From an uncultured virus (IMG/VR IMGVR_UViG_3300032295_003161) (lineage: Duplodnaviria; Heunggongvirae; Uroviricota; Caudoviricetes), in the IMG/VR virus record IMGVR_UViG_3300032295_003161: DNA of 20,000 nt; one strand, 5' to 3'. Numbering within the stretch: the stretch's first letter is position 1; each line of letters begins with the position of its first letter. Positions 7,208-15,387 of the stretch are shown piece by piece. Below the pieces are notes generated by a model, which ran no database searches, was not told where the DNA came from, and was given only the letters and a program-made list of their open reading frames with translations. The translations under genes were made by a program, and so were the position numbers.

Positions 7208-7834
7208 TTATTCAATTCCTTGCTCTCTATTGTCAGATAAACTCATAACGTGATAAGTTGGTGGGTGGTTAACTGCTTTAGCGTGTGTGCCAAACTTATT
7301 CATTGATTCTATTAGCCTCCAATCGTGGCTATAATCTGAATCATGCGTTGGCATTGTTTTTAAGAACTCGGTTCTAATAACTAATTCGCTATGACCAATC
7401 ATTCCATATTGAAGTTGAGCAACTCTGTTGGCTCGTCTTGGTGCTACATAACTATCAAAGTACATAAAATCGTAATTGGTGTTTTCAATAGCCGACAAAT
7501 AATTATCAAAATGGTTTGGTAGAATAATATCATCGTTGGCAAAAAAAGTAAAGTATTTACCTCTGGCAAGTTTTATGTTTTCATTAGTAATGAAGTAACC
7601 ATGACCGCCACGATTTTCTTTATTGTTTTTTATTATCAATTGGTTTCCTTTTGCGTTACAATCTTTTACAATATCAGCAAAGTAGTTGCTATCTACAAAA
7701 TCTTGCATTATAGGACAACCATCTCCAATTACAAGTGCTTCCCAATCGTTAGCTGTTTGGTTGGCAATACATTCAATTGCTCTTATAGTTCCTTTTCTTC
7801 TACCGAAGCAAGGCATTGAAACAGTTAATCTCAT
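7208..7834 (-). CDS. Glycosyltransferase family 2 (GT-A)
   Basis: LTVSMPCFGR, WEALVIGDG, ENRGG..NENIKLARGKYFTFFANDDII. Confidence 0.88.
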   Translation of the reverse strand: MRLTVSMPCFGRRKGTIRAIECIANQTANDWEALVIGDGCPIMQDFVDSNYFADIVKDCNAKGNQLIIKNNKENRGGHGYFITNENIKLARGKYFTFFANDDIILPNHFDNYLSAIENTNYDFMYFDSYVAPRRANRVAQLQYGMIGHSELVIRTEFLKTMPTHDSDYSHDWRLIESMNKFGTHAKAVNHPPTYHVMSLSDNREQGIE

Positions 7835-8097
7835 AGTTTTCTTATTTCTTTTTTAACTTTTTTAAAATATTCTTTTGTATCATATTCTTCAATTGGTTTA
7901 TTTGGAGAATATTTTATTATTTCATCAACTGAAATTAAAGCACATTTTTTTGCTACTTCCCAATCATCATATTCAAAAGAAGTACCATTAACTTCTGTTA
8001 AAACTTGACAAGTTAGTGGTAGTGGCATAAAAAACAAATCTACTAATTCATGTGCTTTTTCTTTTGGTGTTAATAATTCAAGTTTCCCTTTTTTCAT
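7831..8097 (-). CDS. Hypothetical phage protein (TPKEKA.EL...AK.CALI.VDEI type)
   Basis: 88-aa ORF with ATGA overlap into the GT2 gene. Confidence 0.75.
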   Translation of the reverse strand: MKKGKLELLTPKEKAHELVDLFFMPLPLTCQVLTEVNGTSFEYDDWEVAKKCALISVDEIIKYSPNKPIEEYDTKEYFKKVKKEIRKL

Positions 8098-8115
8098 AAC
8101 CCTTTTTCTTTTTTT

Positions 8116-8271
8116 TTATCCATTTCTTATTGATTTTAAACTATCATTTTTTCTATAAGGCATTACATCAAATGTAACACCTGATTCTGAATTATCTGTT
8201 CTGGTTTTATGAATAAGTTTGCCATTCATATAAATATAACATTCATTTCCTGATATTACAATGTGTGTCAT
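8116..8271 (-). CDS. 51-aa hypothetical protein (not in track)
   Basis: MTHIVISGNECYIYMNGKLIHKTRTDNSESGVTFDVMPYRKNDSLKSIRNG*; ATGA-coupled to the upstream ORF and fills the gap. Confidence 0.65.
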   Translation of the reverse strand: MTHIVISGNECYIYMNGKLIHKTRTDNSESGVTFDVMPYRKNDSLKSIRNG

Positions 8272-8480
8272 AGTCCTTTTTCCTTTTTGAAGATTTCTAA
8301 TAGTTCTTTTGACATTCTTTGTGTTATCTTAAATTGAGTAAATAGTCCATTTTTTAAACACCACTCCGCAAATTCAATAGCATAATCATCTGCTGTTTTT
8401 TCGCAATCAGTTAATAATGGTTCTTGCATACCACCAAATTCTTTTGGAACTAATGCGTTAAATTTTTCTTTTAGTGTCAT
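8268..8480 (-). CDS. Small paralogue family protein (MTL.EKF...AD.YAI.F..W...ELLEIFKKE)
   Basis: Shares motifs with 8616-8819, 8809-9081 and 19660-19881. Confidence 0.8.
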   Translation of the reverse strand: MTLKEKFNALVPKEFGGMQEPLLTDCEKTADDYAIEFAEWCLKNGLFTQFKITQRMSKELLEIFKKEKGL

Positions 8481-8619
8481 AGCTGTTTTTATTTTTTAAA
8501 TAATCTAATGTAGCTTTTTTTTCAGCCAACAAAAATTCAACTATAATTTTGTTGTCTTGATTTTCTATTAATGCATTATCAATTCTCATTAATTTTTCTA
8601 AAATTTCTTTTTTTGTCAT
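8458..8619 (-). CDS. 53-aa hypothetical protein (not in track)
   Basis: MTKKEILEKLMRIDNALIENQDNKIIVEFLLAEKKATLDYLKNKNSYDTKRKI*; ATGA-coupled to the upstream ORF. Confidence 0.6.
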   Translation of the reverse strand: MTKKEILEKLMRIDNALIENQDNKIIVEFLLAEKKATLDYLKNKNSYDTKRKI

Positions 8620-8819
8620 AGTTGTTTTTCCTTTTTGAATTTTTCTAACATTTCTCTTAATGTTTTTGTTTCATCTTTTTCAGTAAGTAGCCAAAAAGCA
8701 AACCCAATAGCATACTCATCTGCTAATTCTACTAACCGTTCTGCTGATTGATTTGTCAGTATAAAACTTTCTTGATATACAACAACTGGTTCTTCTTGGA
8801 ATTTTTCTTTAAGTGTCAT
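8616..8819 (-). CDS. Small paralogue family protein
   Basis: MTLKEKF...ADEYAIGFAFW...LEKFKKEKQL. Confidence 0.8.
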   Translation of the reverse strand: MTLKEKFQEEPVVVYQESFILTNQSAERLVELADEYAIGFAFWLLTEKDETKTLREMLEKFKKEKQL

Positions 8820-9081
8820 ATCCTTTTTCTTTTTTGAAGATTTGTAATAGTTCTTTATGCGTTTGACCTTTAGTGTATTTACTACTTGAATTTAACCAAT
8901 ACTCTTTTGCCATCCAGTCTGAAAACTGAATAGTAAATTCATCTCTCAATTCTTCGGTTTCTTCAATACCAACTAATATTCCTGCTTCAAATAATTCATC
9001 TTCGGTTTCTCTGCCATTTAGATTTTGCTTATTCAATAAAGAATACCATTCTACCTTTTCTTTAATTGTTTTTGGATTCAT
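8809..9081 (-). CDS. Small paralogue family protein (C-terminal half only, different N-terminus)
   Basis: DEFTIQFSDW...KELLQIFKKEKG. Confidence 0.75.
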   Translation of the reverse strand: MNPKTIKEKVEWYSLLNKQNLNGRETEDELFEAGILVGIEETEELRDEFTIQFSDWMAKEYWLNSSSKYTKGQTHKELLQIFKKEKGYDT

Positions 9082-9085
9082 AATT

Positions 9086-9160
9086 CTACTTTTTAATATA
9101 CCCTACTAATACAAATTTTCCGTAAACCCATTTGTAGTATGGGATTAAATCTTCTGTCAT
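9086..9160 (-). CDS. Possible 24-aa microprotein
   Basis: MTEDLIPYYKWVYGKFVLVGYIKK*; fills the gap between neighbouring genes with 4-nt spacing on each side. Confidence 0.4.
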   Translation of the reverse strand: MTEDLIPYYKWVYGKFVLVGYIKK

Positions 9161-9164
9161 TACT

Positions 9165-9881
9165 TTAGCTTTGTCTTCCATCGTAACTCTCTACCATTTT
9201 GTCAAATTCAGCACATATATCCAAAACCATTTCATAACTCCATTTTTGCTTCATATAATCGTTTTCTTTTATGTATTTAGCTGGATTACCTACATACGTT
9301 CCAAAACAATTTGGATTGATTTTTTTAGTAACTATTGCACCCATACCAATCATTGCATAAGAGCCTATTTTAGAGTACTGGTGGCAAATACTACCTAAAC
9401 CCATATTAACTCCTTTTCCAAGCAAAGAATGACCGCCAATTAGCACATTGCAACTAATAGTACAGCCATCGTTAATTTCGCAATCGTGTCCAACGTGAGA
9501 ACCTCTCAACATAGTGATATTATCTCCTAATTGTGTAGGCACATAACAACCTGCATTAACAGTTACATACTCTCTGAAAACATTATTATTACCAATGTTA
9601 GTTCCTTTGTTTTTCTTTCCAAAAAACTCTTTATGCTCTGGCTCGTTCCCTATTGAACAAAAAGGCTCAAATACATTATTGTTGCCAATAAATGTTTTTC
9701 CTTGAATTACCACATACGCACCGATTTTGTTACCCTTTCCAATTCTAACATTATTTCCAATTATAGCCGTTGGGTGTATATCGTTATCGTTTACAATTTG
9801 CAAAAACCTTTTTGATGGTTTTCTTCCTATTTCAGTAGTTGTGGTGTAATATTGTTTTTGAAATGGTGTTAAATCGTTCAT
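9165..9881 (-). CDS. LpxA-like left-handed beta-helix acyl/acetyltransferase
   Basis: Hexapeptide repeats IHPTAIIG...; LpxA-type motifs FREYVTVNAG, SHVGHDC, GGH, CHQY, GNPA; C-terminal helical region is short. Confidence 0.85.
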   Translation of the reverse strand: MNDLTPFQKQYYTTTTEIGRKPSKRFLQIVNDNDIHPTAIIGNNVRIGKGNKIGAYVVIQGKTFIGNNNVFEPFCSIGNEPEHKEFFGKKNKGTNIGNNNVFREYVTVNAGCYVPTQLGDNITMLRGSHVGHDCEINDGCTISCNVLIGGHSLLGKGVNMGLGSICHQYSKIGSYAMIGMGAIVTKKINPNCFGTYVGNPAKYIKENDYMKQKWSYEMVLDICAEFDKMVESYDGRQS

Positions 9882-9887
9882 GTCGCT

Positions 9888-9977
9888 TTATATTAAATGG
9901 ATTAATGTTACTATAAGTAAAATAAGCATCAGCCATGCAATTATTTCGTTTATAATATCCTGTTTGTTGTATTTCAT
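9888..9977 (-). CDS. 29-aa single-TM microprotein (not in track)
   Basis: MKYNKQDIINEIIAWLMLILLIVTLIHLI*; fills the intergenic gap on the coding strand. Confidence 0.55.
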   Translation of the reverse strand: MKYNKQDIINEIIAWLMLILLIVTLIHLI

Positions 9978-9980
9978 TAT

Positions 9981-10553
9981 TTATGAATATTTGTTAATTA
10001 TATTGTTTTCTAACTCAAATTGTTTTCTTGCTTTATATGCTTCTTCTTCAGTTTCAAAAAAACCTATCCTTATTTTTTTTGAATTATGACAAATATAAGA
10101 GATAAACCTACCTTCTTTATTAAGACAAACACCAACATATTTACTGGTTTTGGTTTTGTTTTTAGACATGTGAGATTGGTTTTCCCCTCTGTTAACCCAT
10201 TCTAAATTATCAAACCTATTGTTTGATTTGTCAGAATCTATATGGTTTATTTCTGTTTTATTTTCAATTGGCTCTAAAAAACATTCTGCAACAGCTCTAT
10301 GTAAACTTTTTCTTTTAAACTTATCAAAAACCCTTAAAAAAACTGAATTATAATTATTTTTATAATGTTTATTTATTGATAATATTTTAGGTTTAAAAGT
10401 CATTATTCTTCCATTGGATTTATGAATAACTCTATGTAAAGATTTTACTCTCCCCATATTAGAAACTTGATAATATCCTTCAAATTCTAAAATATCTTTC
10501 CAAATTTCTCCTTCTAAATCTTGTAGCGAATGATTTTCGTTGTTTTTTTGCAT
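9981..10553 (-). CDS. NUMOD4-HNH-AP2 endonuclease
   Basis: EIWKDILEFEGYYQVSNMGRVKS; HRAVAECFL..EINHIDSDKSNNRFDNLEW; TSKYVGV..IGFFETEEEAYKAR. Confidence 0.93.
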   Translation of the reverse strand: MQKNNENHSLQDLEGEIWKDILEFEGYYQVSNMGRVKSLHRVIHKSNGRIMTFKPKILSINKHYKNNYNSVFLRVFDKFKRKSLHRAVAECFLEPIENKTEINHIDSDKSNNRFDNLEWVNRGENQSHMSKNKTKTSKYVGVCLNKEGRFISYICHNSKKIRIGFFETEEEAYKARKQFELENNIINKYS

Positions 10554-10662
10554 AATTTTATAAAAAAGTAAAGCCTTTACATATCCAAACGCTCACTACT
10601 TCGTTTTTCAATGCAAAGGCAAATATTTTTAAGTTACTAAATGTAGTGAGGTAACTGATACA
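10554..10662 (-). ncRNA. Putative structured 5' leader RNA (two hairpins, 8-bp loop-loop pairing), copy C
   Basis: P1 AGUUAC/GUAACU with loop CUCACUAC (10643-10650); P2 GCCUUUGCAU/AUGUAAAGGC plus AACG/CGUU with loop GUAGUGAG (10592-10599). Homologous to copy A with compensatory changes. Confidence 0.78.
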
Positions 10663-10670
10663 CAAATATA
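10663..10670 (-). promoter_or_regulatory. -7 promoter box TATATTTG ahead of leader C
   Basis: TAnnTTTG at the same offset from P1 as in copy A. Confidence 0.7.
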
Positions 10671-10680
10671 TAACATTTTT

Positions 10681-11319
10681 TTATTTATTAAATGGTTTTG
10701 TAAATTTTTCTTCATTAGGTAATCCACCCCACATTTCAATATAGTTTTGTCTATATTTCATAAAATTACTATTCAAAGATGGGTCTTTCGCTATGGTCAT
10801 TGAATTTCTATATACTACTGGATTCAAAAAAGAGGTGTTAAGTCGCTCCATATTTAACAATCTCATTCGGTAGCAATAATCGTTATCATTGTAGTAATTT
10901 GGAAAATACTCTTGATTAAATTCGCCTATTTTTTTATATCCATCTACACTCAAAATAAACGAACACCAATTCATTAATGAATTTATAAAAGGCATTTCTA
11001 TATTTTGTTTTATCAGTAATTTAATTTCGTGTTCTGTACGCCCTAAATAAACATCATCATTAAGAACCAATACATGAGTTGCTCCTATTTTTTCTGAATA
11101 ATCAATAAGCATATTCCAACTGCCAGAAACATTAAGGTTTTCTTGCGGTCTATAAATCATAAAGTTTTCTTCACGAGTTATAATGTCTTGATTACCATTA
11201 TCGCAAATAGCAATATGCGTATCTTTAAAATCTTCAAAGTATTTAGCCAACGCATCGTTAAGAAGGTCGGCTCTATTGATAGTAGGAATTGCTACTACTA
11301 ATTTAATTTCTTTATCCAT
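10681..11319 (-). CDS. Glycosyltransferase family 2 (GT-A)
   Basis: VAIPTINR, ICDNG, NLNVSGSWN, VLVLNDDV, IGEFNQEYFPNYYNDNDYCYR. Confidence 0.9.
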   Translation of the reverse strand: MDKEIKLVVAIPTINRADLLNDALAKYFEDFKDTHIAICDNGNQDIITREENFMIYRPQENLNVSGSWNMLIDYSEKIGATHVLVLNDDVYLGRTEHEIKLLIKQNIEMPFINSLMNWCSFILSVDGYKKIGEFNQEYFPNYYNDNDYCYRMRLLNMERLNTSFLNPVVYRNSMTIAKDPSLNSNFMKYRQNYIEMWGGLPNEEKFTKPFNK

Positions 11320-11321
11320 TA

Positions 11322-11732
11322 CTATTTTAATTTATTCATTTGAACTCGTGAAACTTCCCAATCTTGTTCGGTGTATTTTACAAGTATTTTGTCAATTTCT
11401 TTATTTACTTTTTCATTTAATTCAAAAAGAGAAATTTTAAATTCTGATTCTGAAATATGTTCGTTATCTTTTAATAAAAATAAAGTTAATTTTGCTTTTT
11501 CTAAATCTTTTGAAAACTTATAAGGCAATAAAAATCCTTGATTAAAAAGGTGTTTTTGTAAGCATATTTTAGGATTAAAAACAACATTAACATCTATGTC
11601 AATATTTGAATTTGGTTTTTTTAAATCTTCTAATAATTCCAAAGAAACAATTCTACCTTTTTTAGTTTTAATCATTTGTAGCTTGTTAGCCTTGTACTGC
11701 TCTTGGTATGAGCCTAAAGTTAGTTTTTCCAT
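11322..11732 (-). CDS. Hypothetical protein
   Basis: 136-aa ORF in operon register. Confidence 0.7.
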   Translation of the reverse strand: MEKLTLGSYQEQYKANKLQMIKTKKGRIVSLELLEDLKKPNSNIDIDVNVVFNPKICLQKHLFNQGFLLPYKFSKDLEKAKLTLFLLKDNEHISESEFKISLFELNEKVNKEIDKILVKYTEQDWEVSRVQMNKLK

Positions 11733-11750
11733 TTTGTGTGTTTTTTGGTT

Positions 11751-12053
11751 CTATAATATTAATCCAGTTTCGAGGTCAACCATTAGTTGAGCATTTTTCT
11801 TTTGTGTTATTTTTATGAAATCAATTTGAGCCGTAGTGTAATATTTATCGTTGAATTTTTTTGAGTACAAATGATAATTTATCTTTACCACATCTCCGAC
11901 TTCTAAACCTATTTGATTAATAAGTCTTTTTTGTTCATCATAAGCAGAAAAGCATATAGGTAAATAAGCATTATTCCATTTTTTACGAATAACAACTTGA
12001 GTAGTCCAATCATTAGACTTAATAATACTTATTACTTTTCCACTTTCTACCAT
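11751..12053 (-). CDS. DUF3127-like OB-fold protein (possible single-stranded DNA-binding protein)
   Basis: M.SGKVI...ICF...LEVGDVVKINYHLYSKKFNDKYYT resembles DUF3127. ATG 12053 is preferred to the track's TTG start. Confidence 0.65.
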   Translation of the reverse strand: MVESGKVISIIKSNDWTTQVVIRKKWNNAYLPICFSAYDEQKRLINQIGLEVGDVVKINYHLYSKKFNDKYYTTAQIDFIKITQKKNAQLMVDLETGLIL

Positions 12054-12075
12054 AATATAATACAATTTATTATTT

Positions 12076-12083
12076 CAAATATA
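12076..12083 (-). promoter_or_regulatory. -7 promoter box TATATTTG with the same AATATTTTA upstream context as the repeated promoters
   Basis: Intergenic; partial match to the 6485, 14372 and 18444 promoters. Confidence 0.5.
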
Positions 12084-12094
12084 AAATATTTTAT

Positions 12095-12928
12095 TTAATA
12101 ATCAATCATTTGGTATGTTAATTTATCAACAATAGGTTGAATATCAACTTCTTTTAGCCAAAGATTAACAACATATTCCCTTGCGTATTTTTTTACTTTA
12201 TCTTCTTCTTCAAAGTTTAAATCAGACAATGTTTTATAAGAATGGTGTTTTATGGTTGCTTCCATATATCGTTTCTTTTTTTCATCTGAAAACCTTTTTT
12301 TACCATATTCTAAAGCATCGTTTTGAACGTGTTTAGGTATTGCAACTAATTTACTATTTCTTATAAATCCATAAACAATATCCCCAGCATCAATATAGTT
12401 TTCTTTTTTGGAGGTTTCTTTAGCGTACAATAGTAGCTTTTTGAAATTAGCCAACCTTTCGTCTTTATTAATTGGTTTTGGTTTTGTGCTTTCTATTTTT
12501 TGCAATTCTTCCCTTACCTTGAACAAAACCTTGAATTTATAATCTTGATAAGCGTGAAGTACTTTAGAGCAATACATTATACTCAAACTACCATACGCTT
12601 CCGCATCAGTTTCTAATCTACCATTTACCAAAAGAGTTATCAGTTCGTTTAAATCAACATCGTTGAAGTTTGGAAAACTCTCTCTAATGTAATTAGCAAT
12701 ACTGTTTAAATCAAGTGCTTCTGGTTGCTTTGCTCCAATGTACTTTGCCCATTTAGTAATCAAGGCGTTCATTAGTAACAAGTCTTTTTCAGTAGAGTAT
12801 TCTTTAAACTTTTTGTTAGATAAACTTGCGTTGTAAATACCAACTTGGCTTTGACTTACATTTTTTATTTGATTTGGATTAACCAGTTGTATTCCAACCG
12901 AGTTCTGTTGCTTTACTAACTTGTTCAT
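12095..12928 (-). CDS. Hypothetical protein adjacent to the replication initiator
   Basis: 277-aa ORF overlapping the initiator's 3' end; no recognised motif. Confidence 0.75.
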   Translation of the reverse strand: MNKLVKQQNSVGIQLVNPNQIKNVSQSQVGIYNASLSNKKFKEYSTEKDLLLMNALITKWAKYIGAKQPEALDLNSIANYIRESFPNFNDVDLNELITLLVNGRLETDAEAYGSLSIMYCSKVLHAYQDYKFKVLFKVREELQKIESTKPKPINKDERLANFKKLLLYAKETSKKENYIDAGDIVYGFIRNSKLVAIPKHVQNDALEYGKKRFSDEKKKRYMEATIKHHSYKTLSDLNFEEEDKVKKYAREYVVNLWLKEVDIQPIVDKLTYQMIDY

Positions 12929-13520
12929 AGGCTATATCTTGATTTGTTTTTATTGTAATAATTTGATTCAAATAACTATCGAATTTATTTCCAAAAAGTG
13001 TTTCTGGTCGAAGGAATTTTTGAAAATCTGTACCAATCCATTCTGTTGACTTATTATCAATTACTTTATAAAAATCTTCTATTTTGTAACCAGCTTTTAG
13101 CCTTGCATTTATAAAAGTTCTATAAGAATTAGTTTGTGATTTATAAGCCGTTCCTGCTTTCTGATTTAGATAAGAAATTATGCTATCATAAACCTCATCC
13201 ATATTAATTTCAGTTTCAACTTTTTCAACTTGTTTTTTTATAGTTTTTTCTGCTTTTGGCTTGGTTTCTTTTTTTACAATTTCTGTTCTACAAATAGTTA
13301 ATTTTCCGTAATTTAATTCAATAGATTCGCTTGGTATAATTTCATTCCATAATTTCATTCCAAAAGTTATAATTCGGTAATATTGGCTTTTAGATAAATC
13401 TAATCTCCTATGAAGCTCTATGGTGTTTTTTTCTTCCAGTCTAAAAAGAATTGACAACCAAACTTCATAATATATTTTACCTTTCTTTTGCAAGGCTTTT
13501 ATAAAACTAATATACTCCAT
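12879..13520 (-). CDS. Phage replication-initiator-like protein with Phg_2220_C C-terminal domain
   Basis: IISYLNQKAGTAYK...INARLKAGYKIEDFYKVIDNK..EW...FLRPETLFGNKFDSYLNQ. Confidence 0.85.
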   Translation of the reverse strand: MEYISFIKALQKKGKIYYEVWLSILFRLEEKNTIELHRRLDLSKSQYYRIITFGMKLWNEIIPSESIELNYGKLTICRTEIVKKETKPKAEKTIKKQVEKVETEINMDEVYDSIISYLNQKAGTAYKSQTNSYRTFINARLKAGYKIEDFYKVIDNKSTEWIGTDFQKFLRPETLFGNKFDSYLNQIITIKTNQDIAYEQVSKATELGWNTTG

Positions 13521-13521
13521 A

Positions 13522-13773
13522 TTAATCTACAATATCGTCAATTGGAACATCTAAAGCATTTGCTATTAATACTGCTGTATTAATGTGGTAATTTTTTCTT
13601 TTACCATTAATCATTTCGTTAAGGATATACATAGTAACTTTATTACCATCATTCTCTTTTATGATTAATTCGTACAAGTCTTTTTGCGACATTCCACGTT
13701 TAGCTAATATCTGATATAGCTTTGTTACTTTTTTTTCTATTATCGGCATGGTTTTATATTTTAAAGGTGTCAA
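13522..13773 (-). CDS. XRE/Cro-C1 family HTH regulator
   Basis: LYQILAKRGMSQKDL...LNEMINGKRKN...IANALDVPIDDI. Confidence 0.85.
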   Translation of the reverse strand: MTPLKYKTMPIIEKKVTKLYQILAKRGMSQKDLYELIIKENDGNKVTMYILNEMINGKRKNYHINTAVLIANALDVPIDDIVD

Positions 13774-14011
13774 GTGCTTTTATGTGGTTTTTAGTTTCTT
13801 GAAGTTCATTGTATGCTTCTAAAAACTTTTTTTCTCCATTGTTAACCAAAAAGTCAGCAACTTTTGTCTGAATTTGATAATATGTTTTTTGGTTCTGATT
13901 TCTGAATAATAATTCGGACATTGAACTTAAAGTGTCAAATGTTACTGCTGTAATTTTTTTATAAGCCATTTGGATAGTATTTATAAGATTTTGCTTTTTT
14001 GTCAAAAACAA
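13754..14011 (-). CDS. Hypothetical protein
   Basis: ORF in operon register; the true start may be the downstream Met (MAYKK). Confidence 0.6.
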   Translation of the reverse strand: MFLTKKQNLINTIQMAYKKITAVTFDTLSSMSELLFRNQNQKTYYQIQTKVADFLVNNGEKKFLEAYNELQETKNHIKALDTFKI

Positions 14012-14348
14012 TTTTCATGTTTTTTTTGTTTTTCAACATAAAAACTTTTTTAGCATAATATTGTCTTTCTTTTCTGGACATTTCTTTTGTTTCCAAAGTT
14101 CCATTAGCAACAAGCCATTTTTTTAATTCAGAAATTGTTAGTCTTGGGTCAATTACAAGTGGTTTTGGTCTTTTAGTGCAAACCTCTAACTTGTTAGAAA
14201 TTTCTTCGTGAATAACTTTGATTTCTTTTACTGAATTTTCAATTGATTGAAGTTGTTTAACTTCATCTTGAATGGTAACTTGTGTTTGTTCTACGTTTGG
14301 CGTTTCCTTACAAAACAGCCAATTAATAAATCTAAAAATTATTTTCAT
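13959..14348 (-). CDS. Hypothetical protein
   Basis: First gene after repeated promoter copy 2. Confidence 0.7.
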   Translation of the reverse strand: MKIIFRFINWLFCKETPNVEQTQVTIQDEVKQLQSIENSVKEIKVIHEEISNKLEVCTKRPKPLVIDPRLTISELKKWLVANGTLETKEMSRKERQYYAKKVFMLKNKKNMKIVFDKKAKSYKYYPNGL

Positions 14349-14371
14349 TTTTTTTGTTTTAGTTAATCCTT

Positions 14372-14402
14372 CAAAAGTATAAAATATTATATTAAATACA
14401 AA
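14372..14402 (-). promoter_or_regulatory. Repeated phage promoter copy 2 (TTTG-N19-TACTTTTG)
   Basis: caaaagtataaaatattatattaaatacaaaatattat differs from copies 1 and 3 at one position. Confidence 0.85.
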
Positions 14403-14424
14403 ATATTATATTTAATAAAACGTA

Positions 14425-15387
14425 TTATTTTAAAGATTTTAAAGTTGCTTCGATATTTTTTCTCAATTGGTCTGGAATAATAAAGTTTAATGCGGTTTCT
14501 AAAGTTGTTTTCATATTCGTATGTTCCGCTTTTAAAATATCTATTTCAGATTGATAAGACTTCACATTAGAAGATGCAATGGCTTCAAATTCTAAAGATT
14601 TTTTAGTTAATACCGTAACCTTTTTTTCTGTCTTTGCAACTTGTTTCTGCAACTCGGCATTTTGCTTTGCCAACAACTCTTTTTGATTGTCATCTTGTTG
14701 TTTACGGTCTTTTAATCTATTGAATATTTCTTGGAATTGTTCTTCAGTAGTATCAGAATAAATTACATCATCTTCGTTTACAATAAAAAAAGAATAGGGT
14801 GCTAATTTCATTTTTCTTTCAGCATACAACTTGGTTCTTTTTTCTGTTTCTTCTTGCTCCAGTCTTATTTTTTCTTGCTCTTTTTGATAATTTTCAAGCG
14901 ACATTTTTCCACCATTTAAAATAGTATTAAAAGCAACCTCCGACATAGTACTTAAATCAAAAGCATCTAAATCTAAAACTTGTAAATATGGTTTTAGTAA
15001 CTCTAATCGGTCTGCTTTAAGTTTTGCCTTTCTCAAATGCTCTTTTGTTTCAGCATACTTTTCTTGAATTTCTAAATGGTCTTCAGCTGGTTCTATAACA
15101 GCGAATAATCTTTTGGCAAGGCTATCAATAAATCTACCTTCTAACAAAGACTGCTCTTTAAGGCGTTTGCGTGTCTTTTCAATCTCAACTCGCTTTGCTT
15201 TTAAAAGAAGTCTGCCTTCTCTGGCTTGTTGCATTAAATCTACTTGACTTTCATCGCTAACGACAATATCGTATGCTTTTTTATTCCATTCGTTTGCTAT
15301 ATCCTCGTATTCTTTGAATTTAGCATCAATTGATAATACGACCTCTCTTGGTAATCCGTTTTCCATTAGTTCTTGTTCTTGGTTCAT
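14425..15387 (-). CDS. Coiled-coil phage protein
   Basis: 320 aa, E/K/Q-rich and helical (AREGRLLLKAKRVEIEKTRKRLKE). Confidence 0.75.
   Translation of the reverse strand: MNQEQELMENGLPREVVLSIDAKFKEYEDIANEWNKKAYDIVVSDESQVDLMQQAREGRLLLKAKRVEIEKTRKRLKEQSLLEGRFIDSLAKRLFAVIEPAEDHLEIQEKYAETKEHLRKAKLKADRLELLKPYLQVLDLDAFDLSTMSEVAFNTILNGGKMSLENYQKEQEKIRLEQEETEKRTKLYAERKMKLAPYSFFIVNEDDVIYSDTTEEQFQEIFNRLKDRKQQDDNQKELLAKQNAELQKQVAKTEKKVTVLTKKSLEFEAIASSNVKSYQSEIDILKAEHTNMKTTLETALNFIIPDQLRKNIEATLKSLK

Noticed and set aside
9165..9881. Assigning the gene symbol lpxA (and dnaQ for 16654-17397)
   Set aside because: Family resemblance is clear, but phage context and the shortened C-terminal region make true orthology unsupported.
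12879..13520. Iteron-type replication origin within the initiator gene
   Set aside because: No convincing direct repeats found by eye in the linker region.
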